A DNA stretch of 64,000 nucleotides from an uncultured Gammaproteobacteria bacterium (GTDB taxonomy: Bacteria; Pseudomonadota; Gammaproteobacteria; DRJJ01): NCBI GenBank assembly GCA_947258795.1, contig CAMYJU010000007.1, positions 129,392 to 193,391 on the forward strand, read 5' to 3'. Made by a program: the position numbers and the translations under genes. Shown one piece after another: positions 1 through 9,010 of the stretch (positions within the stretch are counted from its first letter, which is position 1; each line of letters opens with the position of its first letter). The notes below the pieces were generated by a model. The model saw only the letters and a list, made by a program, of their open reading frames with translations, had not been told where the DNA came from and did not search any database.

Positions 1-1069
1 CCAGACCACCGATATAACTCATCAACAGCGGTGGTGCATGGGCTTGTCCATACAATGATGCGGCCAATTCTGAATGCAGTACGCCTCCCATGCCCATCGA
101 CAGGTTCTGGTCGATTACCGCGACACCTTTTTTGCACGCCAGGAGCTGCTGAAATATCTGTGCCGGGAACGGACGCATCAGGCGAGGACGCAACAAACCG
201 ATGGCGAAGCCTGTATCGCGTAATTGATCGACCGCCTCTTTAGCCTTGGTGGCAAACGAACCCATCATCACAAAAACATAATCGGCATCATCAGACCGGT
301 AGCAGTCTATGGCATCGTATTGTCTGCCAAACAACTGATTAAATTCTTCCGTCACTTCATGGTAGATCTCCAGGCTGTCCTGTGCGGCCAGATGGCTTTC
401 GTAGCGAAAATACGAATACGGTGAGCCGCCAAGTACAGCGACGGCCTGACTCAGGGGTGCGCTGGCGCGGAAACGGATATTTTCAGCATCGTAATCACCG
501 ACATATTGTCTGGCCAGCTTGCTATCGGGTATATCAACCGGTTCTCGCGTGAATGACAGGTAAAAGCCGTCGAGATTGACAATCACCGGCAGACGTACGC
601 GTGTATGTTCGGCAAGCCGGAATGCGATCAATGTACTGTCCAGAACCTCCTGGCAGGTGGCGCAATGGATTTGCAGAAAACCGGAATCCCGCGCGGCCAT
701 GATGTCGTTATGATCGGGTCCCAGGGTGATCGGTGAGGCCAGCCCGCGTGAAACATTGACCAGTACAAACGGTGATCGCCAGCCGGCTACAGTATATAAC
801 ATCTCCATGCCATACAGGAGTCCCTGGCTGGAGGTGGCGCTGAACACCCGCACCCCGGTACTGGCGGCGGCAGCGGCTGCAGTAATCATGGAATGTTCCG
901 ATTCCAGTGTTACCAGGCGTGCATCAAGGTCGCTATTGTCTATCCAGCCTGCGAGGGTTTCGATAATCTCGGTCTGCGGTGTAATCGGAAACGCCGGGAT
1001 GTAATCGCTTGCTGACAGGCGTGCGCCCCAGGCAGCGGCTCCGTTTCCTGTCAACAGTTTACGAGTCAT
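1..1069 (-). CDS. porA: Pyruvate/2-oxoacid:ferredoxin oxidoreductase alpha subunit (runs off the left edge)
   Basis: Not in the ORF track. Manual translation from ATG 1069 gives MTRKLLTGNGAAAWGARLSASDYIPAFPITPQTEIIE, with the PFOR alpha (Y/F)PITP motif. ATGA overlap with the upstream gamma/delta gene. Confidence 0.88.
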   Translation of the reverse strand, partial: MTRKLLTGNGAAAWGARLSASDYIPAFPITPQTEIIETLAGWIDNSDLDARLVTLESEHSMITAAAAAASTGVRVFSATSSQGLLYGMEMLYTVAGWRSPFVLVNVSRGLASPITLGPDHNDIMAARDSGFLQIHCATCQEVLDSTLIAFRLAEHTRVRLPVIVNLDGFYLSFTREPVDIPDSKLARQYVGDYDAENIRFRASAPLSQAVAVLGGSPYSYFRYESHLAAQDSLEIYHEVTEEFNQLFGRQYDAIDCYRSDDADYVFVMMGSFATKAKEAVDQLRDTGFAIGLLRPRLMRPFPAQIFQQLLACKKGVAVIDQNLSMGMGGVLHSELAASLYGQAHAPPLLMSYIGGL

Positions 1070-1998
1070 GCCCGTGCCTCTTCATTGTCTGCAGCCTGGG
1101 CGTCCTGTTCGGGGATGGATGCAATCGCATGCGGTGGGCACTGTGCGACACAGACCATGCAACCCTTGCAATGGTCATAATCGATATGCGGATAACCCTC
1201 GTCGTCAACATTGATCGCGCCATCGGGACAGAAGGTGCTGCACACCCACCAGCAGCGATTACAGTGCTCGTAGTCGATGAGCGGTCGCATGGTCCGCCAC
1301 AGGCCGGTCTTGACAGCGATACTGGTTGCGGCCGCATGTATGGCCGGTGCCGAGATGCGCGCCTGGTCAAACGGCAGGTCGACCCATTGCGGGCGCTGAT
1401 AGTCATGTGCCGAGACCACACTGCCTGCGTTAACGGTACCGGCATGAGCTTCCATTAAACCAAAAGCCGACAGGGCCCTGCTTAGGTTTTCTTCCACGAT
1501 GGCGTCACCCAGCTCAGCCAGTTCCTGTCTGATCGCCTGGGTCAGGGCATCACGTGAGATCACACCAAGCAAACGCGCTGCTGCGCCGGTACAGGTAGCG
1601 CCAATAAAACGTAACTCGGCACGTGCCTCGGTCTCGACCGGCAGGGTGAACAGACTACCGTTGAAGTTCAGGCGTTGTTTCCAGGTATCGGGGTCTTCGT
1701 CACTGTTAATCAGCAATACCGTGTGCGCGTCAATACCGCTTATAACACCCGCCCCTGGTACCGGTACCAGGCTGTCGTCGGCCACAATCACCAGGTCGGG
1801 TTGGCTGATAATCCCGCGTTCATTGATCGGGTCTTTTGACGCACGGACATAGGCAAATATCGGTGCGCCCCGGCGTTCGGCGCCATAGCGAGGCGCATCC
1901 TGCACCTCATAGCCCTGCAGAAAAAAGGCGGTGCCAAGAATGCGGCTGGCTGTTTTCATGCCCTGGCCACCGCGACCGTGGAATCGTATCCGATACAT
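1066..1998 (-). CDS. 2-oxoacid:ferredoxin oxidoreductase gamma subunit fused to a delta (2x[4Fe-4S]) domain
   Basis: IRFHGRGGQG and YGAERRGAP gamma motifs; C-terminal KTGLWRTMRP followed by CNRCWWVCSTFCP and CKGCMVCVAQCP. Confidence 0.92.
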   Translation of the reverse strand: MYRIRFHGRGGQGMKTASRILGTAFFLQGYEVQDAPRYGAERRGAPIFAYVRASKDPINERGIISQPDLVIVADDSLVPVPGAGVISGIDAHTVLLINSDEDPDTWKQRLNFNGSLFTLPVETEARAELRFIGATCTGAAARLLGVISRDALTQAIRQELAELGDAIVEENLSRALSAFGLMEAHAGTVNAGSVVSAHDYQRPQWVDLPFDQARISAPAIHAAATSIAVKTGLWRTMRPLIDYEHCNRCWWVCSTFCPDGAINVDDEGYPHIDYDHCKGCMVCVAQCPPHAIASIPEQDAQAADNEEARA

Positions 1999-2067
1999 GG
2001 CGAATCCTGTTGAACAAACCCTATATAGAGTTTAGGTCTAGTTCACGATTCTGCCGAGCGGCGCGGG

Positions 2068-3201
2068 CTATATAAAATCCGGTGCCGACGAAAATAACGA
2101 AAATCGTCGGAAACTCATGGCCTTGTGAATACGTTCCAGGGCCAGCTCCATGGATGCCTCGCGAGGTAAAATGCCTTCCTGTTTAACCGCTTGCAGAACC
2201 AGGGCGGTATTGCGACGCAGTTTCTCTTCGATGGTCTGCATCGCCGCAGCCTGGCTGGCGCCCTGGTATTCCATGGCTGCGCAAATCACACCACCGGCGT
2301 TGGCGATAAAGTCGGGAATACATAGCACACCCTTGTCATGCAGGATTTTTTCAGCACCATGTGTAAACGGAATATTCGCACCTTCTACCACCAGTTTGGT
2401 ATTCAGACGATCGACATTCCCTTCATTGACCACATCCGGTCGGGCGGCAGGGATCCAGATATCGCATTCCACATCGATCACGTCATCGCGGTCCATTTTG
2501 GTCGCGTCCTCGTAATCGGTGACACAGCTACCTTCTGCTTTAATCGCGAGCAGGGTGTCGATATCGAGTCCCTGTGGATTATAAATGGCGCCACGTGAAT
2601 CCGCTACGGCTACCAGAACCGCGCCTTTGGCGGTCAGGAAGCGACTGGTATTTTTTCCAACCGCGCCAAAGCCCTGTACCACCACGCGAGCCCCCTGCAA
2701 TTCAAAGTCGCAGTATTCCAGGGCCACATCGACCACGTGGCTGATGCCCCAGCCGGTAGCGCCGATCTCATCCAGCGGGATACCGCCGATTTCACGCGGC
2801 AGGCCGACGACACGGCCAATTTCATCCCGGACCCAGGCCATACATTCCTCATTGGTGCCCATATCGGGGGCAAAGATATAGGTTTCTTCATTACGCAGTG
2901 CCCTGGCCAGTCCCCGGATCAGGATCTCCTTGTTCTTCATCGGCATCTGCGGGTCGCCGAATAAAACCGCTTTGCCACCACCATAGGGCAGGCCGGCTGC
3001 CGCATTCTTGTAGGTCATCGCCCTGGCGAGGCGCATACACTCTTCGGTGCTGACATCCGGTGCCATGCGCACACCACCGATAGAAGGTCCCTTGGCAACG
3101 TTATCGACAACCAGGATGGCCTTCAGGTTAACCGACGGCTCATGGACATGAATGACCTTCAATGGCCCCAGTTCGTCGGCGTATTTGAATATATCTTCCA
3201 T
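2068..3201 (-). CDS. Glu/Leu/Phe/Val dehydrogenase
   Basis: KGPSIGGVR, MTYK, GGGK, APDMGT, QGFGAVG, EGAN and PDFIANAGGV motifs. Confidence 0.93.
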   Translation of the reverse strand: MEDIFKYADELGPLKVIHVHEPSVNLKAILVVDNVAKGPSIGGVRMAPDVSTEECMRLARAMTYKNAAAGLPYGGGKAVLFGDPQMPMKNKEILIRGLARALRNEETYIFAPDMGTNEECMAWVRDEIGRVVGLPREIGGIPLDEIGATGWGISHVVDVALEYCDFELQGARVVVQGFGAVGKNTSRFLTAKGAVLVAVADSRGAIYNPQGLDIDTLLAIKAEGSCVTDYEDATKMDRDDVIDVECDIWIPAARPDVVNEGNVDRLNTKLVVEGANIPFTHGAEKILHDKGVLCIPDFIANAGGVICAAMEYQGASQAAAMQTIEEKLRRNTALVLQAVKQEGILPREASMELALERIHKAMSFRRFSLFSSAPDFI

Positions 3202-3335
3202 TCATGTCCTCCAAATAATCGTGTTATCCAGTACAGACACTACGGAATACAGGGCACAGTGACACTATGGATCCGATCGATCAACTTTCAGAGTTTTCTT
3301 AATAAATAATATAGTATAGAAGCCGTGCCGACTTC

Positions 3336-3349
3336 TTGATTTAAGTCAT
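3336..3349. promoter_or_regulatory. FNR-like box upstream of the dehydrogenase/PFOR operon
   Basis: TTGAT-TTAA-GTCAT, 8/10 match to TTGAT-N4-ATCAA. Confidence 0.45.
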
Positions 3350-3400
3350 ATAACAGGCGTTCCTGCAGCTGAGTGGCGGTCTTTACCGGGCTGCTTCCGG

Positions 3401-4597
3401 TTATTCAACTGGTAACTTTATCGAAAGCAACAAGGCAAACAGGACAAAGATACTTGACCAGACCAGGCAGCCGGTCAGTCCCTGGATCTGATAAACCAGG
3501 CCGGACAGGATAGTGCCAACAAGACGCCCGCCAGCATTGGCCATATAGTAAAAGCCTACATTCATGGAGACCTTGTCATGATCAGACCAGGCAATTATCA
3601 GGTAGGAATGCACCGCCGAGTTGATCGCAAACACGATGCCGAATATCACCAGGCCGGTGACCAGTATCATGCGGGGCTGGACGTCGAAGTACAATGCGAT
3701 CGCAATACTGACCGGTATCAGCGACAGAACCAGTGCCCATTGTCTTGCGGTACCGCCATCCGCTCCTTTACCGTGGTGGCTATGGCGAACAAGGGCCGGT
3801 GCGCTGGCCTGTACGATGCCATAGCCAATAATCCACAAGGCCAGAAATCCACCGACCTGCATGAAGCTCCATTGGAATACCGAGTACAGATAGACCGGCA
3901 GAGCAACGACAAACCAGACGTCACGGGAACCGAACAGGAAAAAGCGTGCCGCAGACAGCCAGTTGATTTCAGCCGATTTGGAAAACACGTGGGTAAATTT
4001 CGGTTTCGCTTTCGATTTGCCTAGACCCGACGGTAATAGCCTAATCGAGACCAATAGTACCAGCAGTAGGCCACCTGACAGGACCGCGAGCGCGCCTCTG
4101 AAATCCAGTAACTGCAATAGCAGGGCGCCAACAAAAAAACCGGCACCTTTCAGTGCGTTCTTGGAGCCGGTCAGTATCGCAATCCATTTGAATAATCTGG
4201 ATCCACTGTCCTGATCGGGTACCAGGGTCTTGATGCTGGCCTTGGCCGACATCTTGTTCAGATCCTTGGCTATGCCGGATAGTGCCTGTGCAAACATCAC
4301 ATACGCGACTGATAACAAGGGCTCGGGCACCATCAGCATGGCCAGGGCGAGCACCTGCAGGGCCATGCCGATATGCATGGTCAGGTTCAGGCCGATGCGT
4401 GCGCCCAGCCAGCCACCGACCAGATTGGTCACGATGCCAAAGAACTCATAAAACAGAAACAGCATGGCAACTTCGAACGGTGTATAGCCGAGCAGATGAA
4501 AATACAACACCACCAGCATGCGGATAGCGCCATCCGTGACAGTGAAGGCCCAGTATCCAGTTGTGATAATCAGATAATTGCGTAAGCCGCTGTCCAT
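3401..4597 (-). CDS. arsJ: Organoarsenical efflux MFS transporter ArsJ
   Basis: YWAFTVTDGAIRMLVVLYFH...FLFYEFFGIVTNLVGGWLGAR, SGIAKDLNKMSAK and GFYYMANAGGRL are characteristic of ArsJ. Start set at ATG 4597 with a GGGAG RBS. Confidence 0.92.
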   Translation of the reverse strand: MDSGLRNYLIITTGYWAFTVTDGAIRMLVVLYFHLLGYTPFEVAMLFLFYEFFGIVTNLVGGWLGARIGLNLTMHIGMALQVLALAMLMVPEPLLSVAYVMFAQALSGIAKDLNKMSAKASIKTLVPDQDSGSRLFKWIAILTGSKNALKGAGFFVGALLLQLLDFRGALAVLSGGLLLVLLVSIRLLPSGLGKSKAKPKFTHVFSKSAEINWLSAARFFLFGSRDVWFVVALPVYLYSVFQWSFMQVGGFLALWIIGYGIVQASAPALVRHSHHGKGADGGTARQWALVLSLIPVSIAIALYFDVQPRMILVTGLVIFGIVFAINSAVHSYLIIAWSDHDKVSMNVGFYYMANAGGRLVGTILSGLVYQIQGLTGCLVWSSIFVLFALLLSIKLPVE

Positions 4598-4710
4598 ATT
4601 TTTCTCCCGCCCGTTACCTTTCAGGTAAGCAATAACGTTGATTTCTGCTAAAAGATCGGCTGGTCGGGGTCGTTCACACTCATGGCATATACATACAAAC
4701 AAATCATATT

Positions 4711-4739
4711 ATGAATCATTTGTTACACTTTTATGAATC
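4711..4739 (-). promoter_or_regulatory. Pho-box-like array facing arsJ
   Basis: Minus strand GATTCAT-AAAA-GTGTAAC-AAAT-GATTCAT: three half-sites at 11-bp period, with TAATAT 10 nt after the second. Confidence 0.5.
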
Positions 4740-4792
4740 ATGACAGGAAAGTGTGTGTCTACAGGTGATGCAGATGCCGATTTACTAATAAA

Positions 4793-4826
4793 ATGTAATA
4801 AATATTTCACCTGGCTGGCGTATAGT
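4793..4826 (+). promoter_or_regulatory. Pho-box-like promoter of the pyruvate kinase-CHAD-ParA cluster
   Basis: ATGTAAT-AAAT-ATTTCAC, then exactly 10 nt, then TATAGT (-10): canonical PhoB promoter geometry. Confidence 0.55.
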
Positions 4827-4852
4827 GAAATTTAAAACCAGCATTCAAAGCC

Positions 4853-6394
4853 ATGACGACCAGCACCTATAGCCAATCCACCCGCCAGATCCAGCTCAGA
4901 GATTTGCTCAATGATCTGATCAGTCTGAAGGAACGTGTACAGAGTAGCACAGAGGAAGAGATGGCATCACTGATGCTGGACTGGACCAACCGGGACGGGG
5001 TATCCAGTATCCAGAACCTGTTCAACTATATTGTCATGCGTCGTGAGGATCTTCGTCCCTTGCAGCTTCGCCTGGCAGACCATGGTTTATCTTCATTGGG
5101 GCGGGGTGAGCAACAGGTATTGGGTAATATCGACAGGGTCATTGATATATTGTCACGCGCAGTACTGCATCAGCCGTACCAGGACAAGATAAGCAGTATC
5201 CCGGTCGCCAACGATTTCGGCCACAGGTTGATAAGGCAGCGGGCAGCAAAACTGTTTGGTAATCCACCCGCCACCCGGTCGGAATACATTATGGTTACTA
5301 TGCCTGCAGACGCAGCCAGTAACATGAGCTTGCTGGAAAATCTGGTAGCAGGAGGTATGGATACTGCGCGTATCAATTGTGCCCATGACAATAAGAAGGT
5401 ATGGCACAGCATGATTGAAAATATCAGGCACGTGTCCAGATGCCAGAATAAGGAAATCCGCATACTGATGGACCTGAAAGGTCATAAAATTCGTATAAAT
5501 CGTGTTGTAAGCAATGAGGACAAGTCCATCGGGTCGGACAAGAAGCCACCAAGGGTATTCCTATACGATCACCTGGTGCTGAGTCAGGAATGTGACGATA
5601 TCGACTGGTATCAGGAGCGATTTAATGTACCGATCAAACTGGTCGTGGGATGTACCTTCCCGGATGTTCTTGATCGGCTCAACAGGGATGAAACGGTCTG
5701 GATCGATGATGGCAAGATAGGTACTGTGATAAAGGGCAGGGATGAAAATGCCTTGTTGTTGCAAGTTAACCGCGTTGGCCCCAAAGGGGCAAGAGTCAAA
5801 AAGGAGAAAGGGCTTAATTTTCCTCAAGCCACGCTTGATCTGCCGCCTCTAAGCCGGAGCGGCCTGGATGATTTGAAGTTTATTTGCAAGTATGCTGATA
5901 TGGTGGGATTGTCATTTACTGAACGGCCTGAAGATGTTTTGTATTTAAAAGACCGGTTAAGGCGAATTGGTAAGGAGAACTTGCCAATTATTGCCAAGAT
6001 CGAATCACGTCATGCCGTACAGAGGTTGCCGGATATAATAGCGGTATCCATGGCCAACAATATTGATCTGGGTATCATGCTGGCAAGAGGTGATCTGGCA
6101 ATTGAACTTGGCAGCGTCAGGATGGCGGAAATACAGGAAGAGATTTTATGGGTTTGTGAAGCTGCACATGTCCCGGTAATCTGGGCAACCCAGGTATTTG
6201 AATCACTGTCAAAAAAGGGAGTGGCATCTCGACCGGAGATTACCGATGCTGCGATGTCGGTCAGGGCGGACTGTGTTATGTTAAACAAGGGCCCGTATAT
6301 TCATTATGCTGTTTCAGTTCTGGGTGATATCCTGAAAAGGATGGAGGCTCATCAGGACAAGAAGTTTTCCCGCTTGAGGGCATTACATTGGTAG
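4853..6394 (+). CDS. Pyruvate kinase-family protein (N-terminal extension, no C-terminal allosteric domain)
   Basis: ARINCAH, KIES, LARGDLAIE, WATQVFES, RPEITDAA and CVMLNKG motifs. Confidence 0.88.
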   Translation: MTTSTYSQSTRQIQLRDLLNDLISLKERVQSSTEEEMASLMLDWTNRDGVSSIQNLFNYIVMRREDLRPLQLRLADHGLSSLGRGEQQVLGNIDRVIDILSRAVLHQPYQDKISSIPVANDFGHRLIRQRAAKLFGNPPATRSEYIMVTMPADAASNMSLLENLVAGGMDTARINCAHDNKKVWHSMIENIRHVSRCQNKEIRILMDLKGHKIRINRVVSNEDKSIGSDKKPPRVFLYDHLVLSQECDDIDWYQERFNVPIKLVVGCTFPDVLDRLNRDETVWIDDGKIGTVIKGRDENALLLQVNRVGPKGARVKKEKGLNFPQATLDLPPLSRSGLDDLKFICKYADMVGLSFTERPEDVLYLKDRLRRIGKENLPIIAKIESRHAVQRLPDIIAVSMANNIDLGIMLARGDLAIELGSVRMAEIQEEILWVCEAAHVPVIWATQVFESLSKKGVASRPEITDAAMSVRADCVMLNKGPYIHYAVSVLGDILKRMEAHQDKKFSRLRALHW

Positions 6395-6476
6395 CCAGGC
6401 TTTACAATAACAAATCACGTTTATGTAAAATAATATAACGGACTTTAATCCGATGTGGGAAAAGTAGTACCACCCA

Positions 6477-8066
6477 ATGAATAAAGTAGTTGAATTAAGT
6501 CTACCTCAGAATATTCGTATCGATGAGCTAGGAAACGAGCTGGCGAGCCATTTTTCGCTGGAACATGACGGGATAACAAGCGTCAGCCGTACATATCTTG
6601 ATTCATTCGACTGGCGATTATACAGGAAGCGATTACTGTTGTTTGCCGAGACAAGTTCGGAAGGTGTCAGACTGATACTACGCTCACAAGGGCAACCGGA
6701 CACGCAGCGTGTTCTGAATATTGACAGCATCCCTGTTTTTACGTCAGACATTTCGTCATTTGTATTTCGCAACAGACTGGAGCCCGTCCTGCGTATACGT
6801 GCACTGATCCCGCAATTAGTCATACAGTCCCGGGTTAAATGCTTGCTAGCTGTCGACGCCGATAACAAGACGCTTCTTTATATACAATTTGAAAATCCCA
6901 GACTGGCTCTTTCGAACGGTCAGTATCGTATGCTCGGCAAGCGGATTCGGCTGATTCCTGTCAAAGGTTACACAAGGCCTGCTGAGCAGATTCTCCGTTA
7001 TCTGAAAAAAAATTATAAATTTTCACTGATAGGCAAAGACGAATTAGATCAAGGACTGGAATTACTGAATGTTGAGCCTGCTAAATACAGTGCAAAATTG
7101 AAATACAGGCTCAAACCAGATATGACTGCCAGTGAAGCATTGAGGACGATCTTGCTCAAGTTACTGGAGGCCATGAAGTTAAATGAGCCAGGGGTCATTG
7201 ATGATATCGATACAGAATTTTTACATGATTTCAGGGTTGCGGTCCGAAAAACCCGGTCAGCGCTCAGCCAGTCCAGGCATATATTGCCCGATTCTGAAGT
7301 TGAAGCCTTCATGCGTGAGTTTGGATGGATGGGTACAGTTACAGGGCCAGCCCGTGATATGCATGTGTATCTGCTCAAGTTTAACGGATATCAGGCAGCA
7401 TTGCCTGAAGACATCCGGCCTGCACTTGTGCCCTTGAGGGAATTTCTTGTCAGAAAAAAAGGCAAGGAACACGAACGACTGGTCAAAGGTCTGCAATCCA
7501 GTCGATACAAAAAATTGACAGGGGCATGGCGACAATTCCTGGATACGCCTCAAACAGAAACCAAATCGTCTGCAATATCAAAAAAGCCAATCAAGGAGCT
7601 GGCTGATAAACAGATCTGGAAGGTATATCGTCGTGTAATACACGAGGGCAGGAATATTCGTGCAGATTCGCCTGATACAGAGTTGCACCGTTTGCGTATA
7701 AGCTGCAAGAAGCTTCGCTATCTGATTGAGTTCTTTGAAGACCTGTATCCTCGCTCCAGAATCAGGTCTTTGCTGGAATCGTTAAAACAGCTGCAGGATG
7801 TGCTGGGTGATTACCATGACTACTACATACAAATCATTGCGCTTGATCATATCAAGAAACAAATGTCTGATGCAGCGGAATTGTCGATTGAGACTGGTGA
7901 GGCTATTGACATGCTCATGGATGTTCTGCGGACAGAGCAGCAAGATTTACGCAAGCAGTTCAAGGGAAGCTTCAGGGCTTTTGCCCTGAAAAAGAATCAG
8001 GCGAATATTGAAAGCATTTTCGGGCAGCCTGGAAAAGGTAAAAAAGGTGGTAAAGGTGCTGCATAA
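6477..8066 (+). CDS. CHAD domain protein (polyphosphate-binding) with degenerate CYTH-like N-terminus
   Basis: LHDFRVAVRKTRS, GPARDMHV, LHRLRISCKKLRY and LQDVLGDYHD motifs. Confidence 0.9.
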   Translation: MNKVVELSLPQNIRIDELGNELASHFSLEHDGITSVSRTYLDSFDWRLYRKRLLLFAETSSEGVRLILRSQGQPDTQRVLNIDSIPVFTSDISSFVFRNRLEPVLRIRALIPQLVIQSRVKCLLAVDADNKTLLYIQFENPRLALSNGQYRMLGKRIRLIPVKGYTRPAEQILRYLKKNYKFSLIGKDELDQGLELLNVEPAKYSAKLKYRLKPDMTASEALRTILLKLLEAMKLNEPGVIDDIDTEFLHDFRVAVRKTRSALSQSRHILPDSEVEAFMREFGWMGTVTGPARDMHVYLLKFNGYQAALPEDIRPALVPLREFLVRKKGKEHERLVKGLQSSRYKKLTGAWRQFLDTPQTETKSSAISKKPIKELADKQIWKVYRRVIHEGRNIRADSPDTELHRLRISCKKLRYLIEFFEDLYPRSRIRSLLESLKQLQDVLGDYHDYYIQIIALDHIKKQMSDAAELSIETGEAIDMLMDVLRTEQQDLRKQFKGSFRAFALKKNQANIESIFGQPGKGKKGGKGAA

Positions 8067-8107
8067 GCCTGTGAGGGGATTTCGGTACGTGATTAAAGGC
8101 AGATAAA

Positions 8108-8857
8108 ATGATTGTATATGCCTGCTATAACATAAAGGGTGGTGTTGGAAAGACTGCGACCTCGGTCAATATGGCTTACCTGGCGGCGCAGGGTGGGGCG
8201 CGTGTACTGATATGGGATCTCGACCCCCAGGGTGCTGCAAGTTTCTATTTCAGAATCAAGCCGAAAATAAAAGGGAAGGCCGCCGGGTTGCTGGATAATA
8301 AAACACGCCTGGAAACTTATATCAGGGGCACGGATTATGACAATCTTGATTTGTTGCCCGCAGATTTTTCCTACCGGAATCTGGATTTGCTGCTTGAAGA
8401 GGCCGGAAAGCCACGTGGCAGGTTCAAAAAACTGCTCAAACCTCTGGCACAGGATTATGATGTTGTTGTTCTTGACTGTGCGCCGGGCATTTCCCTGCTC
8501 TCGGAGAGCATATTTAATGCTGCGGACGTCTTGTTGATACCAACCATACCGACCATTTTGTCATTGCGTACATTAAAACAGATTATCAGCTATCGGGAAA
8601 AGCACAGTCTGAAGCATCTTATGTTGGTGCCATTTTTCTCAATGGTAGACAAACGTAAACAACTGCATCGTCAGATTGTCGAGCAACCACCATCACTGGG
8701 GGCACCGATACTTGGTACCTATATTCCGTATGCCAGCGAAATTGAACGTATGGGGATTGAGCGTCGTCCCGTCAATACCTATGCCGGTTCATGTATTGCT
8801 GGCAGGGCGTATATCAGAATGTGGCAGGAAATACTGAGGCTGTCCATGACGCGTTAA
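8108..8857 (+). CDS. ParA/Soj-family ATPase
   Basis: KGGVGKT deviant Walker A, DLDPQG and LDCAP. Confidence 0.92.
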   Translation: MIVYACYNIKGGVGKTATSVNMAYLAAQGGARVLIWDLDPQGAASFYFRIKPKIKGKAAGLLDNKTRLETYIRGTDYDNLDLLPADFSYRNLDLLLEEAGKPRGRFKKLLKPLAQDYDVVVLDCAPGISLLSESIFNAADVLLIPTIPTILSLRTLKQIISYREKHSLKHLMLVPFFSMVDKRKQLHRQIVEQPPSLGAPILGTYIPYASEIERMGIERRPVNTYAGSCIAGRAYIRMWQEILRLSMTR

Positions 8858-9010
8858 TACCCGATGTCTCATGTCTGCCTGATATTAAAAAGACGCCGGT
8901 TAAGGTGGTATACTTAATATAAACTAGACTTACATATTGTTCATCCTTGACAGCCTTGATGATGGCTGCATTGTCTACAGGTTTATACCTGAAAGCAGAA
9001 TGAGTCGCCT

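Noticed and set aside
31..1852. Plus-strand ORFs over the PFOR genes (and the many similar short overlapping ORFs elsewhere in the track)
   Set aside because: They are antisense or out-of-frame shadows of well-supported genes and carry no motifs.
4598..4702. Cys-rich N-terminal extension of ArsJ (CICHEC) as an arsenic-binding domain
   Set aside because: It starts at a TTG within the promoter region; the RBS and family N-terminus point to ATG 4597.
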